A stretch of 64,000 bases of DNA from Octopus vulgaris (GCA_951406725.2 OX597841.1:9424001-9488000); one strand, 5' to 3'. Positions 49,436 through 62,491 are shown, numbered from the stretch's first letter. Made by a program: numbers and translations. The notes: generated by a model from the letters alone, not told the origin.

Positions 49436-51217
49436 TTCTCCAGTATAGACTGTAAAGGACCAAGGTTTGTTGGAAGCCTTGGGAAATGGAGAAGATGGAA
49501 TGAATTGTATGTTGAAGGGTTGTTTATGGTGAATCGAGACAGCTTCCCGGTTGCTCGTTTACAAACAGACGAATGTCCTGTTCAAGTAAAAGATTTTGAT
49601 GTCTCTGCGGAAGGAAAGACAGTTGTGTGTGAAAAAGCCAATAATGGAAATGTTAAAATATTCGATGAAGACGGCCAGTTGCTATGTCACAGAAATGCTG
49701 CAAGTTTAGTTGGTGGTGTGTGTTTTACACAAGAATCACACATAATGGCCACGGTTCCTAAAAGGAAAGAAGTATTTCAACTGAATGGAGAAGATTTGCA
49801 GACATCTCAAGTTTGGTCGAGTCTCATCCCTTATGGTGTAATAGGGAGAAAAGTGGCGGGTATTTACTGATGTGAACATATTGAATTGATTGAATGTCAT
49901 TGCATAAAGATTGATGGGGACCAAGTGAACATTCTGGAATCTGTGTCATTATTAAATCTTGATTCTGGTCTTCGTTTCCCTTCCATTACATCTGAAACGA
50001 ACAAGGAAATATTCAGTAATGAATTAATTAATAAATTGGAATACAGAGGAGGAGATGGAGATGGAGGAGGAAGAAGAAGAGGTAAATCAGGTGAAATAAT
50101 TGGTAAAGGTAGATTAAAGGTGAGATGTAGTAATTACCTAGCGGAGATTAATTATTCAGGAATTGATGAAATATCAGTGTGGAGACTTCCATATAGGACA
50201 GCAATGGTCCCTTTTTCCATTCCTGCATTCGAGGAACCTGTTGATTATGATTATTGGGACATTAGGGACCGGAATAGTAAACTAATTAAGTTAGATGAGA
50301 ATGTGAGTGTGTTGATGTTTCGAGAAAGTGTCACATTAATCAGAACAACAACAACAACAACAGTGGACATACTTCAACATGAACAACAACAACGACCACC
50401 ACTGGACATATGTCGGTGGACAGAGGAATGTTTCATTGTCGCCTTTGGGAGAGAAATGAGGGTCTTTAACAGGGATCTCCATCGTTTAAAAACCATCAGA
50501 ACTGAGAAATACTACAACAGGATTTATAAATACAACGACAATCAACTCGTGTGTGGTGGTCATTATATTAGAGATATAACTCAAGAAGAGAGACATGAGG
50601 AATACCAAAGAAAATGGAGAAACAACAAGGATTACTATTTTTGCAATGACCTCGACATCTTTGACCTTTATTATGTGGATGTGGTTGATATCAAAGATGG
50701 GAAATGTAAAGATGAAGTGTGTCGTGGGAAGATGAGGAGATTGGGAAGGTTGGAGGGAGATGAAGGGGTGGATGGTGTGGGAGTCACATCTTTTGGTGAT
50801 GTTGTTGTTTTGAGGAGGGAGATGGAGGTGGAGGAGGAGTCTGGAGATTGGGAAGTTTTGTGTTTTGTGGAATGGTTCAGGGAAAAGTCTTTGGTGAGGA
50901 GGATAAGAATAGAAGGAGGAAGGTTTTATGGTCGGGAATATTATATTGCAAGACCTCGTCTGACCATAATTGGTGAATGTGTTTATATAACAGAGATCAT
51001 GAACAATATTTACGAAATACCTGGACATATTGAAGAGGAAACATCTGAAGATTATGAGATCCTGGGATTAAAAGATAATCCAAAATATTTACTCCTCAGA
51101 CGGGATGATAATGAAGTCTTTGCAGTTCTTGGTTTGGATGTTTCAGACAATTCTTTGATGGTTTTTGGAATTATTCCTGGACGTCAATCTTTTGCTTTCT
51201 TTTATTTTGACAAATAA
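49436..51217 (+). pseudogene. Host-like long reading frame, N-terminal part resembling an NHL/beta-propeller, interrupted by one in-frame TGA (49868-49870)
   Basis: ORFs 49505-49870 and 49886-51217 are in the same frame. Blade-like segments (VKDFDVSAEGKTVVCEKANNGNVKIFDEDG; PPLDICRWTEECFIVAF). An AATAAA overlaps the stop. Family assignment is by eye. Confidence 0.6.
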
Positions 51218-51470
51218 ATATTTCCAGAAATATTAAACTTCAATCTTCTTCTTATTATTGTTGTTGTTGTAAATGGCTTCGCCCGGGAATCGAACCTGCA
51301 TCGCATACATTACATTCTACACACTAACACTTATTGTTGTAACATTCCTCAAGACTCTCTCTTTGTGTGTGTGTGTATATTTATATACAGTATGTGTACA
51401 TGTGTTTATATATATATACACACATATTTAGGAATGTATGTATACAAATAAGGCTATAAGTATATATGTT

Positions 51471-51532
<62 letters not shown>

Positions 51533-51802
51533 TATATGCATGCATGTATGTATAGGAATGTCTGGTCCGAAACCAGAGACTTTCATAATCATTGATTCTC
51601 CATTAAAAGGCAGACGACCAACAACAACAACAACAACAGCAGACGACAACCACCACCTCCACCTCCATCATCATCGTCATCATCACCATCGTCATCACCA
51701 TCATCATCATCAACATCACCACCACCATCATCGTCGTCATCAGCGTTGTGTGTGCGTGTGTGCAGTCTGCATCTGATAGTTTTTAACGTTTAATAAGAAT
51801 AG

Positions 51803-51970
51803 ATTGTTGTTGTTGTTGTTGCAGTGACATTCCAACTGCACACACACACAAACATTGCCTTTCGTCCTCGTAGGGTTGTTGTTGTTGTTGTTGCAGTGAC
51901 ATTCCAACTGCACACACGCAAAAACATTGCCTTTTGTCCTCGTAGGGTTGTTGTTGTTGTTGTTGCTGTT
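51803..51970. repeat. ~70-bp minisatellite (2+ copies) with (TTG)n heads
   Basis: (TTG)nCAGTGACATTCCAACTGCACACAC...GTCCTCGTAGGG repeated. Confidence 0.85.
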
Positions 51971-52383
51971 GGGGATTCATAAAAAAAGAGAAGGACATTT
52001 TAAGAAGCATTCAGTAAAAGCTTTCCCATAGCTGGTCATTTTTCACGCTAGAAATAGAAACCACTTTATTTTTCATATAAAATTTGAAGGACAATTTGCA
52101 AAGCATCCATGTCAAATATTGTCCTATAGATGGCCTAACATCATGCTAGAAATAACAGCCAAATACTCTGAAATTTGTATCGTTTTTCATAAAAAACGTG
52201 AAGGACACTTTAAGAAGCAACTCTAAAAATATTGTCCTGTGGCGGTTTAAGTGTAAAATATTATAAAAGTATGCATCTATGAGTTTTATGTGTTTAAAAA
52301 ACATAGCAAAGACATGTGTGTATATGTAGATATATATAAATATACATGTGTATAAAGGTTCCTTTATGATGTATATGCTTCTT

Positions 52384-52945
52384 CTCTAATAACTTGCAGA
52401 GAAATGGATATTTTTCATGGAATTTCCTACAAATATGCTTCAGATGGTGTAGATTCCGATTCCATGGGGATTTATTGGGAAAACTTTTTTGTCTTTCATA
52501 ACAAAGGCGAATCTTGTGAATTTTCTGAAACTGCTTTTCCCACCCAGGGACAAACGATTTTCACAATGAATTCGATTTAATCGGAATCTAAACCATCTGA
52601 AGAATATTTGTAGAAAATTTCATTAAAAAATATTTAATTTTGTGAAAGTTGTGAGGAAGCAAATTCGGCATAACTACAGATATATACCCCCACCGACTTT
52701 GTTTCCTCGTAACTTGCAGAAAAATAGATATTTTTTGAAGGAAACTTTCAACAAATAATCGCTTAGATCCTATAGATTGAGTTTTTGTAAGGATTTGTTG
52801 GAAAAACATTTTCTGAAGGGTTGCTGAAAGGAGTTTCGCAAAATTCACACAACCAGACATTTTCCCTCCTCATAAATTTCAGGAAATGGGTATTTTTGAA
52901 TGAAATTTTATAGAAATAACTTTCAAACGATGTAGATTACGATTA
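52384..52945. repeat. AT-rich element with inverted and direct sub-repeats (MITE/Helitron-like)
   Basis: 52408-52461 is inverted at 52579-52632. Degenerate direct copies near 52705 and 52867. Confidence 0.55.
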
Positions 52946-53030
52946 AAAAGAAATTTGTTGGCAAAATGTTTTGTAAGAGGTCGAGGGAAAATGTGTGTGA
53001 TTTAAGGGAGATTTGGCTGTTGTTTCTAGC

Positions 53031-53790
53031 ACCCTGGGTATCGACATGAGTGAGGATACCTCTTTCCAAGTGCACATTACCAGGATGGCGACAAAGTGCA
53101 GACGACTGGCTGGATGGATCCTAAGAACATTCAGAACCAGAGATAAGGAAACCATGATGGTCCTCTGGCGGACATTCGTCCTCAGCCGCCTGGATTACTG
53201 CTCACAGCTATGGTTACCCACCAGTGTGAAATTAACAGCGGGTCTTGAAGCAATCCAGAGAAGATTCACAAAGAGGATCATCTCTTTGCAACAGCTCAGC
53301 AACTGGGAAAGGTTGGGACAGCTAAGACTCTACTCCCTGGAGAGAAGACGGGAGAAGTATGCAGTAATATATATCTGGAAGATCCTGGAAGGAATTGTGC
53401 CAAATTTTGGCATTGTAAGCTACACCATGCCAGAAGAAGCTGACACTACGTAGTGCCAAAGATCCCAGCAATGCCATCATGCTTCAGGACCAGCTACTGC
53501 AATAGCCTGGGCTTCAGGGACCCACAGCTTTTTAATATTCTCCCAAAGAGCCTGAGGAGCCTGCACAAAGTGCATGTAGAGGTTTTAAAATCAAAGCTGG
53601 ACCTCTTCCTGTCGAGAGTCCCAGATGAGCCTACCTCACGGCAAGAGGTGCAAATGAGGATAAGCAACATCAAACTCCATTCTTCACCAAGTGCCACATA
53701 TTAGAGGAGACTCTCAGTAATAACAGAGTAGCAAATGGCAGTGCTCCAGCATGGTCACAACTCTGAGCTGAAACTACAAAAAAGAAAGAA
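53031..53790 (+). mobile_element. Older 5'-truncated copy of a LINE related to the array element
   Basis: KCRRLAGWILRTFRTR...LYSLERRR...VPDEPTSRQEVQMR, with a frameshift. 3' end GGCAGTGCTCCAGCATGG...GCTGAAACT. Confidence 0.92.
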
Positions 53791-53808
53791 TATGCATGTA
53801 TGTATGTA

Positions 53809-53889
<81 letters not shown>

Positions 53890-54179
53890 TTGTATATATA
53901 TATACATATCATCATCATCATCATCATCGTTTAACGTCCGCTTTCCGCGCTAGCACGGGTTGGACGGTTTGACCGGGTCTGGGAAGCCAGGGGCCGCTCC
54001 AGGCTCCAGTCTGAATCTGGCAGAGTTTCTACGGCTGGATGCCCTTCCTAACGCCAACCACTCCGTGAGTGGATTGGGTGCTTTTTACGTGCCACCTGCA
54101 CAGGGGCCGGAGGGTCCGGCATCGTCACGATCGGATTCGAGCATTTTAACGTGTCAGCGGCATGGGGGCAACGAGGTCC

Positions 54180-54296
54180 GGGGTACTTTGGGGATCGGGG
54201 TATTTTGGGGATCCAGGGTACTTTGGGGATCCGGGGTACTTTGGGGATCCGGGGTACTTAGAATGGGTAGGGGGGTACTTAGAATGGGTAGGGGGT
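54180..54296. repeat. 18-bp and 21-bp minisatellites in the RTE 3' region
   Basis: GGGGTACTTTGGGGATCC about 4 times; GGGGTACTTAGAATGGGTAGG twice. Confidence 0.85.
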
Positions 54297-54335
54297 ATGT
54301 GGAATTGCTGCAGAAAGCAGCCCGGGTCTTTGTAG

Positions 54336-57310
54336 TCACAGCATATCTCCAGAGATCTCGGTCCTTCGCCATTGCCTCAGTGAGGCCCAATGCTCTGAGG
54401 TCATGCTTGACCACCTCATCCCATGTCTTCCTGGGTCTACCTCTCCCCTGATACCTTCAACTGTTTGGGAGTGGCACTTCTTCACACATCTCTCTTCATC
54501 CATCCGCAGCACATGACCATACCATCGCAAGCGTCGCTCTTGCACACCACATCTGATGCTTCTTATATCCAGCATTTCTCTCAGGATACTTACACTCTGT
54601 TTTGCGTGCACACTGACACTACACATCCAGCGGATCATGCTAGCTTCATTTCTTTCAAGTCTACGCATGTCTTCTGCAGTCACAGCCCATGTTTCATTAC
54701 CGTGAAGCATGGCAGTTCGCACACATGCATCATATAATCTACCTTTTGCTCTGAGGAGAGGCCTTTTGTTGCCAGTAGGGGTAGGAGCTTTCTGAACTTT
54801 GCCCAGGCTATTCGTATTCTAGTGGTGATACTCTCTGTGCATCCACCTCCGCTACTAACTTGGTCTCCCAGGTAGCGGAAACTATCAACTACTTCTAGTT
54901 TCTCTCCCTAGAGTGTGATGGAATCTGTTTTCTGAGTGTCTGTTGTGTCTATTGTCCCTGTGCATCTGCCGCACATGTAAGCTATCTTATCTGTTAATTT
55001 CCCTTTAATGTTGCTGCACCTCTTATGTGTCCATAACTTACATTGGGTGCATCTTATGGAGTTTCTACCTGTACCTTTCCTACAGGTTGAGCAGGGCCAC
55101 CTACCCGAGGGGATGTGTGTTGAGTACCTCTTGCTGCTTACTAATACTTTGGTCTTTGCTACATTTATTCTAAGGCCCTTTGATTCCAACCCTTGCTTCC
55201 ATACCCGAAATTTCTCTTCTAGTTCCGGTAGTGATTCTGCTATGAGAGCTAGGTCATCGGCATAGAGGAGCTCCCAGGGGCATCCCGTTTTGAATTCCTC
55301 TGTTATTGCTTGAAGGACTATGATGAACAAAAGGGGACTGAGGGCTGAGCCCTGGTGCACACCTACTTCTACTCGGAATTCTTCACTATATTCGTTGCCA
55401 ATCCTAACCTTGCTAACAGCCTCTCTGTATAGAGCCTGTACAGCCCTTATTAGCCATTCTTCAATCTCCAGTTTCCGCATCGACCACCAGATAAGGGAAC
55501 GGGGAACCCTGTCAAAGGCTTTCTCCAAGTCTACAAAAGCTATGTAGAGGGGTTTATCTTTAGCTAGGTACTTCTCCTGCAGTTGTCGGACCAGGAATAT
55601 AGCATCAGTGGTGCTTCTACCTGGTACAAAACCGAACTGCATTTCATCTAAACAAATTCTCTCCCTAATGAGATTGGTTATGACCTTCTCTGAGACCTTC
55701 ATCACCTGGTCCAACAGTTTGATACCTCTGTAGTTATTTCTATCTAGAGCATCACCCTTACCCTTGTAGCAGTTGACTATGGTACTGCTGCACCAGTCAT
55801 TGGGTATGGCTCCATTGTGAACTACCTGGTTTACAATGCGGGTGACTATGGCATGGCCCACATAGCCAGCTGTTTTAAGCATCTCAGCAGTGATTCCTGA
55901 TAGGCCAGGGGCTTTGCCTGGTTTCATATCCTTAATTGCCTTATCTACAAGGGAGCTGTCTATTCGGGTAGCTGGTCCCTCTACTGGGTCAACATTTGGC
56001 AGGCTCTCCTCCTCCCATTCATTCTCCTCATTTAGCAGTCTTTCATAATGGCTTCTCCAAGCCTCTTTCTTTTCACTAGTAGTAAAAGCAAGTGCCCCAT
56101 CATCCATGCGGACACATTTCTCTCCTATAACATCGCTATTTTCTCTGACACACTGTCTGGCAATCCGAAATACTTCAGCTCTTTGATCCTCGCGACGCTG
56201 GACATTGGCAAACTTCTTCTTTTCTGCTACATCTTTGGCAATGTATACCTGCCGCCCAGCCTCCCTTTTGGCTATCTGGTACAGTTCCCTGCTGCCCCCA
56301 TCCTTCCAGGCTTTCCAGGCCCGTCTCTTTTCACAGATGGCTTTATCTACTGCACTATTCCACCACCACGTAATTCTAGGTCTGGAAGGGACTTTGCACC
56401 ATCCACAAACTTGGTCTGTGGCACTCAACAAGCTGTCCCGTAGGAATTCCCAGCTACCTTCTATGTCTGACGTCTGAAGCTCCTCTTCCCTCTCATCAAA
56501 TTTCTTGATGAGTATGTCCCTAAATTTCTTACCATGCGAAGGGTTCTTTAGCCTCCAAATCCTTCTTTTCTGGATTGGTTTGTTTCTTGGAGTCCTTCTG
56601 GCCTCAAGCTTAAAGTCACTGATGATTAGTCTATGCTGAGGGATACATTCTTCACCCGGGAGGGTCTTTGTATTCAAGAGCAACCCTGCATCCCGTTGTC
56701 TGGTGAGGATGAAGTCTATTTGGCTAGCGGAGTCTCCTGACTGATAAGTTATAAGGTGGCAGACTGGCTTCTTGAAGTTAGTGTTGCAGATTGAAAGGTT
56801 ACATGCATCACAGAATTCCAGTAGTCTAGTTCCCTCATCATTTCTGGTGCCAATACCATATCCACCATGTACCCCAGTGAAGATACCCGATTCCCGCCCA
56901 ACATGCCCGTTAAAATCTCCACCTACAAAGATGAGGTCCTTGTTACTAGTCTTTGAAGTAGCCTGCAGAAGGGTATCATAAAAGTTGTCCTTCTGATCAT
57001 TTGGTAGTCCCGCTTGTGGGGCATAGGCTGAGATAATCATAGCTGTGCCACTCTGTAGGACCAACCTGAGCTTAAGCACTCTATCACAAACCCTGACAAC
57101 CTCTATGACCTTATCCACCCATTCCTCCGCAAGGAGAATGCCTACACCCCCTACACCTTCCGCGTTACCTTGCCAGTAGAGTTTGTATCTAAGTGCCTTG
57201 CCCGTGAGGACCCTAGCCGAAGCATCTCTCCATCTTACCTCTTGTATGCAGCATACATCAACCTGTCTTCTCTCTAGCATCTCTACAATCTCACTAGACT
57301 TGCCTGTCAA
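54336..57310 (-). pseudogene. RTE EN-RT polyprotein (800-aa open part 54908-57310, nonsense TAG at 54908, downstream frameshifts)
   Basis: The frame continues past the stop as GEKLEVVDSFRYLGD. Confidence 0.9.
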
Positions 57311-58756
57311 TGTACCAACATTGATAGTGCCAACTCTGAAAACTGGGAAGGAGATGTGGGGGGGACAGGGGGATTCGGCGCCTGAGAAGAGGAGGGTTGT
57401 AGTGGTGGTGATAGTTTTCGTGGTATTTTTCTTTTGATCTCTCTTCCAACCTGACCACGCCGTGGGCAGGAGCTGGTGTTAGCAGTGGACATTTGTTATC
57501 GTCACTGAGTAACGTAATTAGGTAGAGGAAAGAAATACAGATATTCTAGAGTTGAGTTGGGGAGGTCCAGTTGAGGCGGGTAATATAGGGGAGCAACCAG
57601 TGGGGAAGGTTGGGGTAAGGAGGAACGATGGCAGGAAGGGTTGGTGTAGGTTCCTAAGAAAATTCAATTTAATGGGATTAATCGATATGCGGGTATTCTA
57701 TTTCAGATAATAACCGAATGAAATACAATTTTCAAAAGGTTTGACTGATTTCCAACATTTTCGTTTCTCATGTTTTCTTGACAAAGATTTACACTACAGT
57801 GAAATGCAGGGTAAATATAATCTTCACAGCTATTAGTAAATGTGTATTAACCCATAATTTCTCAATCTGATAAGTGTGAGTGAGGAAAATTTCTAAGTGC
57901 AATTTTTCATTTCACAATTCTCAAAATATTTGCTGATTATTTCAAACATTTACAGTCCTCGTCTTTTCTGATAAATCGATACATGCCTCTTGACCTTACA
58001 AGGTCAGCAAGTCCTCAGTGTGCTGCCACTACCTCATACATCGGCACATGAGTGCCCTCACCTTCGCTGTCATTGTTGCACTCCACCTTGCACCCAGGCA
58101 GCCACCACGCTTGCTCATACACTCATTCATGCTTGCCTGCTCCTCACCATCATATGCACCGCTGACAGCATCTCTGGTCATTCATCATTTTTCACATTCA
58201 GACTCCTCACCTTCGCTTTGATGTCATGGCTATGACCTCATCCGCTGCCACAGCTGTGAAGACTACACCTCTGCCTTGCTTCTAGTCCAACAATATCATC
58301 ATTGTGTCCCCCAATGCATTCCCATGACCACCTCCATCAGTTGGCATGCTATGGAAGCTTGCAATCTGTTGCTGCCCTTCTGGCTGATTTCGTACTGGGG
58401 ACACTGTTGCTCATGCTTATGCGCTCTATGATCAACCACCTGCTTCTCTTTACTTCCTCCTCACTGACCCTCGACCTTGACTCAACATCCCCTCCATGCT
58501 GGGCACCACCAGAGACCATTGTCAACACCTCACCACTTCCATATATGCTCACTGCTCCGGTTTTGTCGTTTTCTGTTGTTGAGGACCCGGTCAGGTTATG
58601 CTACTGATCTTGTGTTGCATTGCCACGGATGCAGCAGAAAGGCAAGAAGTAAAAAGAATATAAATGTGATATTATATCCCAGGATTCATGAAGCTTCCAG
58701 TCGTTGTGATACGTGCACCAGAAAATAAATAAAACAAGAAGAAAAAACACATTATT

Positions 58757-59130
58757 TATAATAATAATAATAATAATGAAATTATTGTATACAGTGCTCA
58801 GGTGCACCACAACTTGTCAAAAGTGCATACAAAGCATATGCAGTAATGTACAAATGTCTGGATAGCGAACAGTATATGAGTCAGATACATGCTTGCACGT
58901 ATATGGAGGGAGAAAATCAGGTGTAGTGTTGGCGAATCTCAGGAAGCATGGAAGTTTTGAAGGATGCAGTGCTCCGACAACTAACAACTGATGTCGGCAG
59001 TTTGTTCCATGCTTCAGCAACTCTTAGCGTGAAAAAATGTTTCCGAAAGTCATGGGAGCTGTGCTGTTTTCTGACTTTGTAAACATGTCCACGGGTGTTA
59101 GACAGGTGGAGTTTGAAAAGGTGCTCAGAG
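58757..59130 (-). mobile_element. 3' fragment of another CR1-type LINE with (ATT)n tail
   Basis: NTRGHVYKVRKQ...RKHFFTLRVAEAWNKLP matches the typical CR1 ORF2 C-terminus. Confidence 0.85.
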
Positions 59131-60507
59131 TTATAAATACATTCACACAAATGAAAGAAAACAACAGTGTCCCAGTGCAGCATAACTGAAAAAATTCTTG
59201 CAGGAACAAATGGACTTCATAACAAGAGGTAAATGACACTGGATAGTTATTGCTGTTCGTAACAGTAAAGCAGAAGCTAAAACTGTGGCTACTATTACTT
59301 GCACATCCCAAGGTTCTCTTATGACTTAACTATTTATAGAGAAGACTGGTGACCAAAATAGGAGTTAGCAATGTATCAGCCCCAACAGGGGCCAGACAAA
59401 ACTGGTGGCAATGGTGGAGGAGCACATAAAGGTTATAACCCTCAAGTCCACTCTCTAGCAGAATCATTCACCCATGACAGCGGGTGAATAAATTAATTGG
59501 GTTTAAAAGACTGTGTTCATTGAGGAGAATCTTTTGGTGAAAACCTTGTTAAAAAGTATCAGCAAGGAGAAAAGTTGTGACTTTAAGTAATGAAATATGG
59601 TAAGTAACACCCAAGATTGACTTTGAATCAAAATATATCAACTAATATTGAAGAAAATTATACAACAGTTGTGTTCAAATGAATCATCAAAAAATAATAG
59701 CATAAAAAAAGTGGTGTATCTTTAACTGACAAAAAAAAAAAGGTGATTGTTTACACAAATGAAAATATTTTGGTCATTTTAAGATATTTAACATTATAAA
59801 AGTTGGTATCAGATGTAATAGTTCACGTAGCTTAATTGTATGCTTAACTGTTCTTTAAATGATACGATTTCTCTGTAGTGGCTTGGTATAAAGTTTTCTG
59901 TTTTCATTTTCTAAGAGTATTTTATCGATCTTAGTTGTTTTCACTTCTCCACTGCATTCAAGATTTCTTTTCTAGATTTTTCTAAAATTTTTCTGGAACA
60001 ACTGAATAACAAAATCAGGTTTAGTGAGAAAAATTACATCAGTATATCAAATTTAAACATTTTCACTCAATTTTTAAATTTTTTAAAAGTGAAAACCAAC
60101 CAGAAAAGAATTTCACTTTTTCCAGAAAAATTTTAGAGAAATGTTAAAGAGGTTTAAAGTTTGATTATTCTTAATCAGAAAACAGAATTTAGAAAACGAT
60201 AAGTTGTAAGAAGTTTTGAAATTTGAATAAGTTTAAATGAATCAAGTCAAGCGAAACACTGGAGAAAGAAAATTATCCAAGGACAACCATGCTTTAACTT
60301 GGTTTGACATGTCCTCTCATAAAATCAGGGTTCCAGTTCCTCCGCCAGAGTTCTCTTTCTGCTGGGTCAGCTCTTCTTTTGCCCCTCACTAATCCAACAG
60401 TGAATAGCATCTTGTGATTTTGGTTAATACAACTGCTTCCCTTACTTTGTGCAGTCCTTTACAAACAACAAACCAAATAACACACTCTCCATCTTTAATA
60501 AAGGTGA

Positions 60508-60660
60508 AGGTTAAAGAGCCCCTTTGGTATTGCACCTAGAAAGTTACCCTCAGGGGCACAAAGTCCAGGCAGGATGGTTTTATGCATACCAGCCCCTCCT
60601 CTCCATAGGGCAAAGAAGGGTAAAGAGCCCCTTTGGTCATGAATGACTAAGGGATTACGG
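60508..60660. repeat. Two fragments of an interspersed (SINE-like) repeat
   Basis: TAAAGAGCCCCTTTGGT occurs at ~60512 and ~60621. Family identity is from recall only. Confidence 0.4.
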
Positions 60661-60805
60661 TAGAATTAACAAATTTGATGTCATACAAACACAGAGGCAT
60701 TGCACACCATATTGCAGTACTGCTCACATACCCGGGGTGGGGCTGCTGTCTCACACACACACACACACACACAACTGTGTGAGCAACGTTTAAATATGAT
60801 CTAGG

Positions 60806-60837
<32 letters not shown>

Positions 60838-61301
60838 CACCAGAAGTGTCCCAAATATGTTAACAGTTCCATAATGGGGCCTAGCGTGTGTGTGTGTGTT
60901 TGTGTGTGTATGTTTATGTCTGTGTGTGTGTGTTTATGTGTGTGTGTGATTGTGCAGCAGCAGACCTGTTCCAGGTATGCTAGTAGCCCATCCATTCTCC
61001 CTGGCTGCCCCCTCATGAGGCCAATGTCAATGTCTGCTGCACTCAAGTCTGGGAACCTGATTGACAAGAATGAAAGGCCAGCTTCTTACACTTTATTTGA
61101 AGATATCGATCTGCTTTTGTTGGTTTTTTTATCTTTTTTTTCCATAATCTTAAACAGAAAGTGGTGTACAAATGCACATTCATACACACACACACCTCAG
61201 CAACACATGCCGGATGGCACCAGAATTTGGTCATAAAGAGAAACAGGTACTCACATCTCCAAATGTCTGGAAGGAGGTGCATCCTGGAAAAAGAAATAAT
61301 G

Positions 61302-61377
<76 letters not shown>

Positions 61378-61378
<1 letters not shown>

Positions 61379-61590
61379 CCTAAAGATCTGAACAGAAGGA
61401 TAGAGGAAATAGGCATAAAACCCAGTTTCGTACAGCTGCAGAAGACAGGGACAGCTAGGATACTTAGGAGGGTTCTTGGCATCTAAGGTTACTTGTTGTA
61501 ATACTTTAGGGGGTTCTTGGCATTTCAGGCAACTTGTTGGAGCACGATGTTAGGATTCTTTTCTTTTCCAACAGTCTAAGCTGTTGAGTG

Positions 61591-61639
<49 letters not shown>

Positions 61640-61640
61640 C
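61378..61640 (+). mobile_element. Dong/R4-clade 3' fragment in a (TAA)n tract
   Basis: QLQKTGTARILRRVLGI-stop, short UTR, then (AAT)n. Confidence 0.75.
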
Positions 61641-62020
61641 CCTGGGAATGATAGCGAAAGGGACTGATTGCTACCTAACTCAGAACCAGGAAACCCCAAA
61701 ATGGCAGAAATTCAAAAGATAGTGCTCATTGGAACTGCTCATATCCTACGCAAAATACTCTCTATGTAATCCCAAGGTTTAAAACAAACTTTTTTATTGT
61801 TTTATTGTTTATTTTATTTTTTATTTAAAAAATTTTTTTTTAATGTATTAGACATTCACTAGTACAACGCCAAAAAAAAGCCCCAAATATATGGCACACT
61901 AGGCATAACAACAGTGTGAACTTCCAACCTGTTGTCTCTTGAGGTCTCTGGGTGAGACTTGGAGCCAACTTGTACAAACATAAAGCAAAAGTCAAACATA
62001 GAATAATAATAATAATAATA
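61640..62020 (+). mobile_element. Second Dong/R4-clade 3' fragment
   Basis: ALGMIAKG...EIQKIVLIGTAHILRKILSM-stop, UTR, then (AAT)n. Confidence 0.75.
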
Positions 62021-62455
62021 TTCTGCTCAATACCACAGACTTGCTTGTCAGTTACTTGACTGTATCTAGTTGAGCACGCCCCTTGGTGGCTGAAGATATG
62101 TGCATCTCTGATCACGAGCAAAAGTAATGGGGGGGATGTGTTGAGAGGGATTCTTTGGGGTTTTAATAATTCACCTGTGGAAACATGGGTATTTTGCTCA
62201 TCATCTTTGAAACAAACCTTATTCAGGGACCTTTTGAGCAGGATGGGCTACTCAACCAGAAGAAAATTCTAACCGGGCCCCACCTGCAAGGTCAAGTGCT
62301 GTTTATCTTGATATGAGATCACCATGTCGCGCACATATGGTTGTGATGCATGTGGCTGATGTACCCTTATCTGATGGGTAGTCATGATGGGTATACTGGG
62401 CTTTGTATATTTTACCCCAGTGTCACTTTGATGGCTTGCACTACTCTCTAATCAA

Positions 62456-62491
<36 letters not shown>

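Larger units (their letters stand above)
53909..57650 (-). mobile_element. Near-full-length RTE-clade non-LTR retrotransposon, inactivated
   Basis: EN (IQEVRW, GVGILL, AYAPQ, GDFNGHVG, QIDFIL) and RT (QFGF, FVDLEKAFDRV, GVHQGS, LYADD), C-terminal RLRWYGHVLRM, (GAT)n tail at 53909-53928. The 5' boundary is approximate. Confidence 0.92.

Noticed and set aside
57990-58610. GC-richer stretch with short ORFs
   Set aside because: Probably a decayed element, but I recognise no motif.
60290-60460. Possible minus-strand exon (RADPAERELWRRNWNPDF...)
   Set aside because: Short, with no recognisable homology and no supporting neighbouring exons.
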